Assembly: GCF_964204645.1 (NCBI RefSeq)
Contig: NC_134026.1
Coordinates: forward strand, 16,340,150 to 16,404,149
Direction of reading: 5' to 3'
DNA: 64,000 bases
Source: Tubulanus polymorphus
Lineage: Eukaryota; Animalia; Nemertea
Numbering within the stretch: position 1 is the stretch's first letter; every line of letters begins with the position of its first letter. The position numbers and the translations under genes were made by a program. Shown piece by piece: positions 46,465 through 59,081 of the stretch. The notes under the pieces were generated by a model. That model was not told the DNA's origin, searched no databases, and saw nothing but the letters and a program-made list of their open reading frames with translations.

Positions 46465-48220
46465 ATGAACGCGATCAACATTTTACTGGTCGGTGTTTTC
46501 TGTCTCGTCGTCGCCGATGAGGTTTTCACCGAGTTCCGCTTTCAACAATTCACTCGACTGCCAGAATGTTTGATAGGCGACAAACACAGCGAGAAAAACT
46601 CACAAAACTGGGCGAAAACAAACCACGTGATCGCAAACAGAAATGTTCGTAGCGTCGTCGAGTGCGGAGCTGATTGTATGAATGATCAGAAATGTTCAGT
46701 CATGTCGTTCAACGGAGGACATTGTTACCTGTATAACATCGACAACGCGTGCAGCGCCGCCAATGGGAAAACCAAGTACTACAAGGTAGGTGTATTCCAA
46801 TAATATATATCTTTTTAACGTGGGTGAAATTAAAACCAGAAGTGCAGTATAGATGGGCTGTTTCTGTGAACGATTAAAGCAGTGAACAGTTCCAACAATT
46901 GAAATCTGGTTACTCTATAATTCTCCGACTTTCGACTCTTGTCTTAAGTTGTTAGATTGGCTATAGAACCAAGATTAGCTTAGACTGGTCTTAAGTTGTT
47001 AGATTGGCCATAGAACCAAAATGAACTTAGACTGGTCTTAAGTTGTTAGATTGGCTATTGAACTAAAATGAGCTTAGACTGGGCTTAAGTTGTAAGATTA
47101 GCTATTGAACCAAAATGAGTTAAGACTGGTCTTAAGTTGTTAGATTGGTAATAGAACTAAGAGAAACTGGTCTTAAGATAAACTAAGATTGTCTTAGACG
47201 GGTATTAAGCCATGGATAACTTATTCCTGCTGGCTGGCTCAGTGGTGGGATGTGGCCTACACTAAAAATCTCTGAAATTTTATACCACCGGATTTTAGGT
47301 GTCTCTGAACGCCGGCGTTTAACCTGAACTCACTCCAAGGTTTCATTGTGGTTCCTGAAGAGGCTTTGACTGGTTACCTTTACCTTGAAAATGTCCTGAA
47401 TAATTTTTCTAAGAAAATAAATTATTATTCATGTTTGTTTCAGAAGAGAAATGATGGACCAACTAACATTAACAGCAGCAGCATCACCACTATGGCGACA
47501 GGTAGGTTTTTTGCTTACAATTTACATCAAGTTCCACAGTAATACATACTATTGAATAAAACGAATTTGACTCAAAACTTTGCAGGGTTTGAACCTGTAC
47601 TTGAAACCACATTTATAACACCTCTGCAAAACGACAATCTGTGTTTTTTATTTTCAGTCATGAAACCGAAACTGCGCAAACTTCGGTATTTCTTCGATTT
47701 CGAGAAAGTTGATACTGAACGTGGAATCGTGTTCGGAGAGGGAGCCAATATGACGGCGTATGATGTAGGAGGAATGAACAAGGTGAAACTCAAACATGTC
47801 GAAGGGTTCAATAACAGCCAAACTGTTTCATCGTCGCCTATTGATTTGAATTTATATATCGGGGGCAGAATTGATGTACATATCAAAAACTACTCGATTT
47901 CTTATTTAGTCCGCGGACGTGGTGTGGAAGGAATTATTACGGACGGATCGGAAAAGATGTTCACGCGCACGTCTCATATTGTTTGTAACAAATGTCCAGA
48001 GGGAAAGGAAGTGAAGTATCCGATCAATGATGTATCCAGCGAGGAGGACTGGGTTTCAGTGAGATGCACAAACGGGGATGCGTACATTAATAATGCGCGT
48101 TTATCAAGCGGTCAAATCGTGAAAGATATTGGGGCGATTGATTGTCAAATAACAACCAGTGTTATGTTTGCCTTAACACAAAGTGTGATTGATAACCTGA
48201 CGATAGAATTTTGGTATTAA
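46465..48220 (+). CDS. Secreted PAN/apple-domain protein (about 3 exons)
   Basis: Signal peptide MNAINILLVGVFCLVVA; ECGADCMNDQKCSVMSFNGGHCYLY; exons about 46465-46785, 47444-47501 and 47658-48220. Confidence 0.7.
46941..47175. repeat. 47-bp minisatellite, about 5 copies, intronic
   Basis: GTCTTAAGTTGTTAGATTGG recurs at 46941, 46988, 47035, 47082 and 47129. Confidence 0.9.
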
Positions 48221-48762
48221 TGAACTCGACAGTAAAGAACGAACATCGCTGTATAAACCGATTCATATCTCTACGAGCCGTGTGGCCTCAAATATAAGTT
48301 ACAAGATAACTGTAACTGGATGAATTAACAATTCAACGATATGAACATTTCAATCAATAAATGATTTTATCATATTCGTCAAAATCAAACAACGTTTTGC
48401 TTTAAATCGGGTACAGTTTTAGAATATGCTTAATTTTAGTTATAAATGTGACTGGTTTAGATCAATTAAATTATGTAAATTTCACGCAATAAAATGATTA
48501 TGATAATTATCAAAATATATGAGGTTTTGTTTTTTTTTTAAATTTTCGCCCCGGTTTGACAAATGTTTAGAAAATGAGGAAGGTGCTTCAGGATATATGA
48601 ACATGATAAAGAAAGTCCCCGAATTTTTCTATTTTTTATTGTTTAGTCGTTGAAATGTGGTTTTTAGCGTTGAAATAAAACAAACGTCTGTAGAAGAGGT
48701 TCAGAGATTGATGAGTTTAAACCTGATAATTGTGGAACCGGGTTTGTATTAGGAAATAATTC

Positions 48763-48876
48763 AGGGCTCGGTTTTATAGACTGGTATTAACTTTAATCCG
48801 GGGGTTAACATGACTGAAAATAAATTGAGTTAGCCCCCGGATTAAAGTTGATAGCAGTCTATTAAAACTGCCCCAG
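48763..48876. mobile_element. Hairpin MITE
   Basis: GTTTTATAGACTG..AACTTTAATCCGGGGG / CCCCCGGATTAAAGTT..CAGTCTATTAAAAC. Confidence 0.6.
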
Positions 48877-49340
48877 GTGAAACGAAACTGCGCCGCACAA
48901 GACTGATGACATATTTCGCATTTCTTGAAGGATGTATCTATATTCATGCACTTGTTTTATATTCAATGAATGTCTCTGGACCGTTGACTGTTCATTTTCA
49001 TGTAATAAGTATATAACTTACCTGCAGAAAAATCTGTTTTTGCACAGTTATTGTATGATATAGTTGTCTGGCTGCGTTCATAGTATTTGCAACAATTACC
49101 CTCTCAAATTGGACATCATCTTGGTTCACATGAAACCGGATAAAAAACTGCAATACATGGATGACCGCACTCAGACGTAAGATGTGAACCGTATTCCTTG
49201 GATGATACCAGTGGCACAACATACACAGTGGCCTCATCCGTTCCATCTACAAAATTTAAAATCGTGAAGTATCGCATTCGATTCTTTGACAAGGAAAAAG
49301 ATTCACAAGTGTTTGAGATTATTTATAAATAATCTCAAAC

Positions 49341-49720
49341 ACTATCAGGTTTCTGATTGCCGATTGCCGATTGTAGACTCGAGAAATCGTCGACTATCAG
49401 GTTTCTGATTGCCGATTGCCGATTGTCGGCCCGAGAAATCGTCGACTATCAGGTTTCTGATTGCCGATGGCCGATTGTCGGCCCGAGAAATGGTCGACTA
49501 CCAGGTTTCTGAATGCCGATTGTCGAGCCGAGAAATCGTCGACTATCAGGTTTCTGATTGCCGATTGTCGACTCGAGAAATCGTCGACTATCAGGTTTCT
49601 GATTGCCAATTACCGATTTTCGCCCCGAGAAATGGTCGACTACTAGGTTTCTGAATGCCGATTGCCGATTGTCGAGCCGAGAAATGGTCGACTATCAGGT
49701 TTCTGATTGCCGATTGCCGA
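49341..49720. repeat. Minisatellite of about 45-52 bp with internal GATTGCC subrepeats
   Basis: ACTATCAGGTTTCTGATTGCCGATTG..CGAGAAATCGTCG units. Confidence 0.9.
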
Positions 49721-49872
49721 CTTCTGAAAATTACTTCACGTGCCTCTTTCTATCGATCTACGCGTATTAATACTTTTCTCAGTGAAAATGTTGGAACCAA
49801 TCCGCAGATCTACTTTTACCAGTTCTGGAGTTGAGCTTAATCTTTGAAAGCCAGCGTATCTCTACATGCAAC

Positions 49873-50647
49873 CACAGGGATTTGGCGATGGGCTTGGATT
49901 TTATTTCCGGGTTGTTGATAATCTCGCGAACATGGCGCTAAATATGAACTGCGAATAAATTCAAAACATCATGGAAATACCTTGTGTTTATGTTGTTTAT
50001 TTATCCGCTATAAAGTTCCGATAAACAATTGGTCGTTAAGGATCATCATCAGACGGTCGACACGCTTTACTATATAAAATCACAAGGGATGAAACGCAGT
50101 TCAATTCGTGCCAGCCAGAAAGTTGGGACAGTCACGTGACTTAACGCTTCTTATTTGACTGAATGCAAACCTGAAGCATCTAAGATGGAAACTATGATAC
50201 GAAAAATATTTGAGAATAACTTACATTCAAATGCATTTTTTGTCTATGAATTATATATTTGATCATAATTATTCTTTCTAAGTTATTAATTTCATATGAA
50301 TCATAATCTGACAATTGATATCGGTCTGTAAATATGTTAACTTTTCATGTTAAAGTTTTAAATGTGATGACATCATCAGAATGTCACGTGACTGTCCCAA
50401 CTTTCTGGCTGGTACAACTCTGAAGGCGTTTCATCCCTTGTGATTTTATATAGAGCGTGACGACCGTCTGATGATTATCCTTAACGACCAATTGTTTATC
50501 GGAACTTTATAGCGGATAAATAAACAATATAAACACAAGGTATTTCCATGATATTTTGAATTTATTCGCAGTTCATATTTAGCGCCATTCTCGCGAGATA
50601 ATCAACAACCCGGAAATAAAATCCAAGCCCATCGCCAAACCCCTGTG
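49873..50647. mobile_element. Non-autonomous DNA transposon with about 270-bp TIRs (CAC...GTG ends)
   Basis: 49873-50140 mirrored by 50383-50647; no clean TSD seen. Confidence 0.8.
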
Positions 50648-50780
50648 CACGCAAGCTGAGGTCATTACCCGTCAACGCTTTTACAACTAATTTTCAGAAT
50701 AGATCCACTTGAACCATTCCATTCAGCCCCCTGTGCATGCAACGGTAAAGAAATCCGTTCCAAGAAATCTGCCGCACAGA

Positions 50781-51051
50781 ATGGAGGATAGTTCTGATCA
50801 TCAGCCTCGCAATTCAAGCACTGATCTATAGAAGGTGGACGACGTGACCATGATTACTTTTGTAAAGAATGTTGTTTCTTTCGAAAAGCAATGCATTGGA
50901 TTCCTCAGAAAAAGGAAAGTGCTACGTCCCCAGGAGTTTTGTTGTGAGAAAAAGCCAATGAGTTTAGTAAATAGCAAGGGAACAGACGGCGAAATTTGAA
51001 ATGCCCAGACTGCACCTCAAAGAAATCAATTAGGACTGGATCAATTTTTTC
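50781..51051 (+). pseudogene. Merlin/IS1595-like transposase N-terminal exon fragment
   Basis: CIGFLRKRKVL..C..M..DG..(W)KCPDC..KSIRTGSIF followed by GTAAGT; contains a stop and a frameshift. Confidence 0.6.
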
Positions 51052-51072
51052 GTAAGTGAAATACATTAATAG

Positions 51073-52280
51073 TGCCGGGATCGTGGGGCCGCGTGTAAAT
51101 TCGCTTAATATAGGCTAAAGTGGCTGGGATCGTGGGGCCATGTGTAGATTCACCTAATATAAAGTGGCTGGGGATCGTGGGGCCGTGTGTAGATACACCT
51201 AATATAAAGTGGCTGGGATCGAGGGGCCGTGTGTAGATTCACCTAATATAAAGTGGCTGGGATCGAGGGGCCGTTTGTAGGTTCACCTAATATAAGTGGC
51301 TGGGATCGAGGGGCCGTGTGTAGATTCACCTAAAGTGGCTGGGATCACGGGGCCGTGTGTAGATTCACCTAATATAAAGTGGCTAGGATCGAGGGGCCGT
51401 GTGTAGATTCACCTAATATAAAGTGGCTGGGATCGAGGGGCCGTGTGTAGATTCACCTAATATAAAGTGGCTGGGATCGAGGGGCCGTTTGTAGATTCAC
51501 CTAATATGAAGTGGCTGGTATCGAGGGGCCGTGTGTAGATTCACCTAATATAAAGTGGCTGGGGATCTTGGGGCCGTGTGAAGATTCACCTAATATAAAG
51601 TGGTTTGGATCACGGGGTCGTGCGTAGATTCACTTAACATAAAGTGGCTGGGGATCCTGGGGCCGCGTGAAGATTAACCAAATATAAAGTGGCTGGGGAT
51701 TATGGGGCCGTGTGTAGATTCACCTAATATAAAGTGGCTGGAGATATTCGGGGGCCGCGTGCAGATTCACCTAATATAAAGAGGCTGGGGATCATGGGGC
51801 CGTGTGTAGATTCACCTAATATAAAGTGGCTGCGATCGAGGGGCCGTTTGTAGATTCACCTAATATAAAGTGGCTGGGGATCTTGGGGCCGCGTGAAGAT
51901 TCACCTAATATAAAGTGGTTTGGATCACGGGGTCGTGCGTAGATTCACTTAACATAAAGTGGCTGGGGATCCTGGGGCCGCGTGAAGATTAACCAAATAT
52001 AAAGTGGCTGGGGATTATGGGGCCGTGTGTAGATTCACCTAATATAAAGTGGCTGGAGATATTCGGGGGCCGCGTGCAGATTCACCTAATATAAAGAGGC
52101 TGGGGATCATGGGGTCGTGTGTAGATTCACCTAATAAAAAATGGCTGGGATCGTGGGGCCGCGTGTAGATTCACCTAATATAAAGAGGCTGGGGATCTTG
52201 GGGTCGTGTGTATATTCACCTAGTATAAAGTGGCTGGGATTGTGAGATCGTGCGTAGATTCACGTTATATAAAGTGCCTG
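51073..52280. repeat. Minisatellite of about 44-45 bp with a higher-order duplication
   Basis: AAAGTGGCTGGGATCGAGGGGCCGTGTGTAGATTCACCTAATAT units. Confidence 0.95.
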
Positions 52281-52760
52281 GGCCGGGGTTGTGACCTGGC
52301 CTGTCTATTGTTAAGGTTTACAACGTTGTTCGAATTTTCAATAATTAATGCAGATTCCAAAATATGTCTACAATATAATACAATGGTTTTTCACCCCATA
52401 ATAAACTTATATCAAAATTCCTCTGTAAACTGGTTAAACTCAACACTTGATTTCCCCTTTGATTATTTGTTATTTGTTCTCTCATCAATTTCGTCTCTGA
52501 CTTAACTTGTATTCACCTTTGTTTTAATTTAAGTGCCCCTTAGTTTGTCTTTCTTTTTACTTCTGACTTTAAGTTTCATTTGTATTTATACTCACTATTG
52601 TTGTTTATAATCACCCCTTAGTTTGCTTCCCTTTAATCTATTTTAGCGTGTAACTGTTTCTACGTTAATTTTCCTTTAGTTTGTATCATCTCTGATTACT
52701 TGAATTAGTCTCTTTGTCTCTGGATTGTATATATATCTCATAATTTCTGTAGTATCTCAT

Positions 52761-52805
52761 TATTCCTGAAGATGACTATTAGGATATAGTCGAAACGTTG
52801 AAATA
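52761..52805 (+). ncRNA. Minimal hammerhead ribozyme motif (Penelope pLTR remnant)
   Basis: CTGAAGA-T-GACTAT/ATAGTC stem-GAAACGTTG. Confidence 0.55.
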
Positions 52806-53882
52806 AACTACTATCTCGAAGTTTCATTTTCGGACTTTTTATTATCATTGTAGGATTCTCTCCTGTGCTATTTCAGTTGAAAAGGATTAATCAATTACAT
52901 CACAAAGGAAGGAACATATGTTGATCAGATAGTGTTTAGCTAGTGAATAACTGGCAGTTATAAGCGCGCAGCACATAAGCATAGGAACGCATAGGATATT
53001 CTCTCTATAAACACAATTTTAGGAGTTAACAGTTATAAATGTAAGTACTGTTTTTGTTGTTATTAAGGCGTTGGGAAACGTTAAACATGTAAAACTTACC
53101 CTGGTAAGATGCGCCACAAATGACTATGTTTAAGTGCTATAATTAATTTTTTACAACTAAAACTTCAAGTTAGTTTTATTCTACGCTAGATATTTATCTT
53201 TTAGATTACAAAATGAAGACCATTGAATCAAGAAAGTGAAGATAGATGGATGTGGAATCAGAAATAATGGATATTTCAACTCATGAGACTGTAGCCGTTT
53301 AGCCATACTGTATAGGCTTCCAATGCATTACGTTTGCCGGAATTTCAATTGCGTCATTCAGCTGTTGTTAATGTCACACACAGTGACAGATGTTGTATTA
53401 TACTTTATTGATTCCTGCATTCCACGCATACCTTACCGCTCGGCTGCCGAGCGGCTTGGAATGTGGAAATCGATAATGATTGTAGAATGAAATATATGTG
53501 TTTATGAAATAGTATTTCCACCAGTCGTTTCTTTGAATTTATTTTCAGTTTTAGGATTTATTATCAAGAATCCGAAATGACTTATCTGGACAGTTATAAT
53601 TACTGCTCCTAATAGATAGACAATAGTAGTGAGATATTAAATCCTAATTTAAATAAAATATAATAAAAAAACAATAACTTCAACTGCTAGTGAATTCTAT
53701 TATATTTTTAATATTTTCTTTTCAAAAGAGAATACTTTATATTTTGAATAGATTCAAATAGAAATTCTTTAAATTCAAATAGCTAGTATCAGTAGTCAAT
53801 ACTAGAATTCTTTAACTTTAACTTTAACTATCTAGTATCAGAATACTTATAATATTTTTCTTATTAAATTTCTCTAATATAA

Positions 53883-54846
53883 ATGTCAAAGAAATCGAGT
53901 AAGAATAGTATTGATATTGAAAAAACATTAGATGATTTGGGCATAAGTGATAATAAAGATACAGTTGTTTCTAATTCTATTCAAGTTAATAACAATATTG
54001 ATTATGAATACTATTTATATTGTAAGCATCATCTTCAATTATTAATTGCTGGCGGGAAATCTAAGGATTTCTTGGGAAAATTTTAACTTATCAAGAACTA
54101 GATGCTATGAAACCCGATAAAGTAATAAAATATTTTAAGATTTATGAAGAGGCAAGATTGGCCCAAATAAATGATTCTATTTCAGATGGTATTGTCAAAT
54201 GTTATTCTAAGTTATGTAACCAGTTAGTACCAATTGATGATGAAAATAAATTATATAGTGATTTGAAAAATGACTATTTAGTTATGACTGAATTACAAAA
54301 ATGGGTTGGTTATGCTTCATTTCAATTAGGATCGGTTATGACATTAATTTCTACTGGCGTCATAAGAACGAAACAGATGTACTACAACCAAACGGTGAAA
54401 CAGAAAATGAATCAGAACAAAGATTAACTAAAATAAATGAGTGATGGAGTTAAGAAAAAGGCTAGATCAGAGCAGGGAAGTGTGATGAGATCATCACACT
54501 TCCCTGATCAGAGAGACAAATTAAATGGGCAAGAGAATTAGGTAAAAGATCTTCAGAATTAAAAAAAGCTAAGAAAAAGAAATTAACTGATATTAATGAA
54601 TCACAGACTTTATCTGATATTGATTCAAATAATAATCCATCTGATTCTTCTAATGCTGGAAGTAATTATAAATTATATATTACAATTGGATTAGTAACAG
54701 TTATTATATTATCCGGTGTAATATATAAATCAAAATTCAAATCTGATGATAAAGATGATTCCAATGATAATAAACCTATCATACCAGAAAATAAGTCAAA
54801 TCATAAAACCATTGAAACTAAATCTAAATTATTATTAATGGATTAA
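53883..54846 (+). pseudogene. Disrupted homologs of ORFs 1765-2367 and 2360-2734
   Basis: Frameshift near 54085, deletion near 54360, 41-bp insertion at 54473. Confidence 0.85.
54473..54506. mobile_element. 34-bp micro-MITE (16-bp TIRs, 7-bp TSD ATCAGAG)
   Basis: CAGGGAAGTGTGATGA-GA-TCATCACACTTCCCTG; absent at the copy-1 site near 2390. Confidence 0.85.
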
Positions 54847-54852
54847 AATAAG

Positions 54853-55944
54853 ATGAAAAAAGAACAATATTTAAGAGATTTATATTATAACCCAGAAAGT
54901 GAAGTATCATATTCTAACGTTACAGAATTATGGGGTAAAATTAAAGCTGATAAGGAAAATGGTAATATAAAATATAGTGAACTAAAATCATGGTTACAAA
55001 ATCAACCAACATATCAAATCCACAAGAAAATGGATAAAACTTATTTAACAAGAAAAGTTATGGTTTCATATATCGATCAACAATGGCAAGCAGATTTAAT
55101 TGACATGAAGAACTTAGAAGAATACAACAAAGGATATTACTGGATATTAAATGTTATAGACATATTCAGTAGATACGCATGGTCAATTCCAATCAAAAAT
55201 AAAACTGGAATAGAAGTTACAAATGCTTTTAAATCTATATTTAAAGAAGCTATTCCAGATAAGATACAATTTGATGAAGGTAAGGAATTTTATAACAAAC
55301 ATTTTAAAAAACTATTATCTGATAACGATGTAGAATATTTTTCAACACACTCAGATAAAAAAGCATCTATTATAGAAAGGTTTAATAAAACATTGAAAAC
55401 TAGAATGTGGAAATATTTTACTGCTAATGAAACATACAAATATATCGATGTGTTAGATGATTTAGTTAAAGGTTATAATAATTCTAAACATAGTTCTATA
55501 AATATGAAACCTATACAAGCTAGAAAAGAAGATAATTCGGAAATAGTTTGGAATAATTTATATGGAGCATTTGTTACACATGATTTCGGTGAACCTAGAT
55601 TTAAAATTGGACAACACGTAAGAATATCTAAATATAGAAAAACATTTTATAAAGGATATACCCCTAATTTTACTGAAGAAATATTCAAGATTAAAAAGAT
55701 AATATTAACTAAACCTTTTGTTTATAAATTATAAGATTTAAAATATGAAGAAATATTAGGTTATTTCTATGAACAAGAATTATCACTTGTACCAAATCCA
55801 GATGAAATAGAATACAAAATAGAAAAAGTATTGAAAACAAAAACTCTTAAAGGAAAAAAGTATTCTTTGGTGAAATATAAAGGATACGATGATAAATTTA
55901 ATGAATGGATTTTATCTAGTAAAATTAAAAGAATAAATGAATAA
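54853..55944 (+). pseudogene. int: Integrase-chromodomain of copy 2 with a premature stop
   Basis: Near-identical to 2738-3853; TAA at 55732-55734 before the chromodomain. Confidence 0.9.
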
Positions 55945-56545
55945 AGATTTATTTATATTTGAACCGCATGATAAATTAGTTACTGGAGTAACCAATTGTG
56001 GTAAAACACATTTCATATTAGACTTGTTAGAAACTGTTTATAAGAATCATTTTGATAATATAACATTATTTTGTCCTACTTATGAAATGAATAAAACATA
56101 TAATAGAGATATAGTTAAGATGAAAAAGTTTATTATATTAGATCCTAAAACAGTAAAAGAAAATTTAGATAATTGTATTAAAATAGCAATTGATACTTAT
56201 AAAGGATCAAATACATTATTTATTATAGATGATTGCGCAAATTTACATGATTCAAAAGTGAGAGAAAGTGAGTTATGTTATCTAGCTTTCTCTGGGAGAC
56301 ATTTTGGGATAACAACATGGGTTTTAAATCAAAAATATAATTCAATTGTTAAAGACTTTAGGGAGAATATAAGATTTTTAGTTTTATTTTATAACAAAGA
56401 TAAAAAATCTATGCAACAATCATTGGAAGAAAATCAAATTATACCTACTGAATTACATGATGAATATATGAATACATTAAAGAATAATGGTTCAAAATTA
56501 TTACTGAGACTACAATTTCCATATGAATATAAATTTATAAAGTAA
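55937..56545 (+). CDS. Packaging ATPase, copy 2
   Basis: GVTNCGKT and FIIDD intact. Confidence 0.9.
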   Translation: MNKDLFIFEPHDKLVTGVTNCGKTHFILDLLETVYKNHFDNITLFCPTYEMNKTYNRDIVKMKKFIILDPKTVKENLDNCIKIAIDTYKGSNTLFIIDDCANLHDSKVRESELCYLAFSGRHFGITTWVLNQKYNSIVKDFRENIRFLVLFYNKDKKSMQQSLEENQIIPTELHDEYMNTLKNNGSKLLLRLQFPYEYKFIK

Positions 56546-57069
56546 CTATTTATATATCTATGTATCTAATACGTATTAAATACGTATTAAATACGTATTA
56601 AATACATTAATACTTAAAACCCCCTTTTTTTAAATAAATGTTATTTATACAATTTTCAACCAATTTATTTTTTTATTTTTTCAACTAATATATGAATAAG
56701 TTTGAAAATAATAAAGGTTATTTATTATTACTGAGGTTTCAATATAAATTTAAAAAAGAAATATAATTTAAGGTATTTTCAAATAATATGTATTAGATAC
56801 GTATTAGATATGTATTAGATATGTATTAAATACGTATTAGATACCTTAATACTTAGAACCCCCTTTTTTATTTACTATTATTTTATACAATTTTCAACCT
56901 TTATTACTTTTTGAGTGTTAGATAATTACTTTCTGAATCACTTTCATCATCACTCTCCAATTCATCATCAGACCCTAACAATTTATTCAAATGCTCTACC
57001 GAATCTTCATAAATAATTGGTTTATTGATATACTTATTAGTCATCTCAACTATATCTTTATTTTCTTAT

Positions 57070-57761
57070 TTAAGTTTCATAGAATCTTTATTATCAATGC
57101 GCTTTCCTGTAACTATATCACCATGTGGGTGCCATACGGCACCATTTTCATTATTATCTTTATTAGTGTTTGCTCCTAATATTTCATTTACAATGTTTGA
57201 TTCTAATTTAATAGCACCGGTTAAATCTAATTCATCTTTATTAGGTGTTGCTAATAATAAATTTTCATATAATTCTTTACCATTTACTTTTTATAAAAAT
57301 TCTCTTTTACCAACATGTTCTATAACATTATTTATATGTACCTTTGTATTCATATGTTTATTCCAATTTGATGGAGCGTTTGAAAATTCGCCTTTACAAT
57401 AATCACAATAATTTCTATTTTCACTAACATTTAATAGTATTGCATTATTTGATGTAGAAGGTATTACATTATTAGATGTAGAAGGTATTACATTATTAGA
57501 TGTAGAAGGTATTACATTATTAGATGTAGTAGGTATTACATTATTAGATGTAGAAGGTATTACATTATTATCAATTACATTACTTAAATCATCAACAAAA
57601 CCACTTTTATTATTATCGATTTCTATTAGTTTAGTTTTATAAATTTTGAAAATAGGATCAAATATCAAAGCTATATTACAAGGTATTACATAATATAAAC
57701 CATCATTATTTTCATGTGTATCGATGTATGGAATATGTTTATATACTTTACCTCCTTCCAT
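57070..57761 (-). pseudogene. Repeat/zinc-finger protein, copy 2 (internal deletion and frameshift)
   Basis: VIPSTSNN repeats, YCDYC..KHMNTKVH; break near 57291. Confidence 0.8.
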
Positions 57762-57793
57762 TTATTATATAAATTTTTATTAAAGTTAAAACT

Positions 57794-59042
57794 TTAATAC
57801 ATAACACTATTTAATTGAGAATTTACAATATTTACTTGAGCGTCAGATATAATATAAATGTGCATTTTAAAATTTTTGATTCCTTTATTCTTTGTCATGA
57901 ATAATTGTATTCCATCTTTAGTGTTTTGTAATTTTTTTCCAGAACCATGTGATGAATTATCCTCGGTTGTTCTAAAATCTAACCATAATGCATATTTATT
58001 ACCGGTATTATAATCAATTTGATTAATATTACAATTTTCAGATGATTTTACTTTTTCATTCATAAAATGTTTTCTAATTTCTGGCCATTGATCAATCATT
58101 CTCATTCCTTGACAAAATATTTTATTTGCTATTCCTTCGATAGTTATTTCTACTTTTGTTATTTCAGGATTATAATAATTATCAACATTTATTGCACCAT
58201 TAGTATATGTTGCAATGGTAAAAAATATTAATATACCTTTAATAGATCTTCTCGGGAAGTTAATACTCTCATTAATAATTTCATCATTTGCATTATTAGT
58301 TACAGTTTTAAATTTATCAATATAATCATATAATAATGAAAATCCTTGATTGTATTTAGTTTGAATTATACTTGAAATATTTTCATCAGTTACTGTATCA
58401 TATTCTAAACATATATTCGATAATTTATAACTCATATCTTTATTAACGCTAGATATTACAATTTCATTAACAGGAGCAAATGTTATTTCGAATATAACGT
58501 CTTCTTGAATTGCGTATTTATATAAAGGTGCATTGTTATTTATCAATTCAAAGTCTAATGGAATTTTATATTTGCTTCCATATATACTTTTTATCAATTT
58601 ATCTATAGCATTAGTTAATATTGCATTATGCGCTTCTGATCTTAATTTATTTTGGTTTTCTGATTGGATTCCTTGAAATATCATATTATTTCTATTTTCT
58701 TTAGTTAACCATAAATCTTTATAATGCATAAATAAATAATAATCATCTAATGAGAAAACTGTTTCTGGACCAATCTTTATAGTTAATTTTTTAATCAAAT
58801 ATCTCCCAACATTATCGACAACATAATTATTATTATTACCGGTTAACTTTTATATCGGCCGATAAATAAATACTATTTGGAACATAAAAAGTATTTTGTG
58901 TTAATCGAGGAATTCTAACATATAAAGTTTCATCGGGATTAATATTAGAAGGGTTATGAGTAATTATATGATGAGATCTTTCTGCTTTTATAGCATTAGA
59001 TATTCTATGATTCTTAGAAGGATTGATATAACTCCCACTCAT
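57794..59042 (-). pseudogene. Major capsid protein, copy 2 (frameshift near 58836)
   Basis: ORF pieces 58836-59042 and 57794-58798 match 5722-6969. Confidence 0.85.
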
Positions 59043-59081
59043 TTATTTAACATAAAATTAATTATTTATTTTCTATCATGT

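Noticed and set aside
49397-49654. ORFs on both strands with repeated peptides
   Set aside because: Products of a stop-poor minisatellite.
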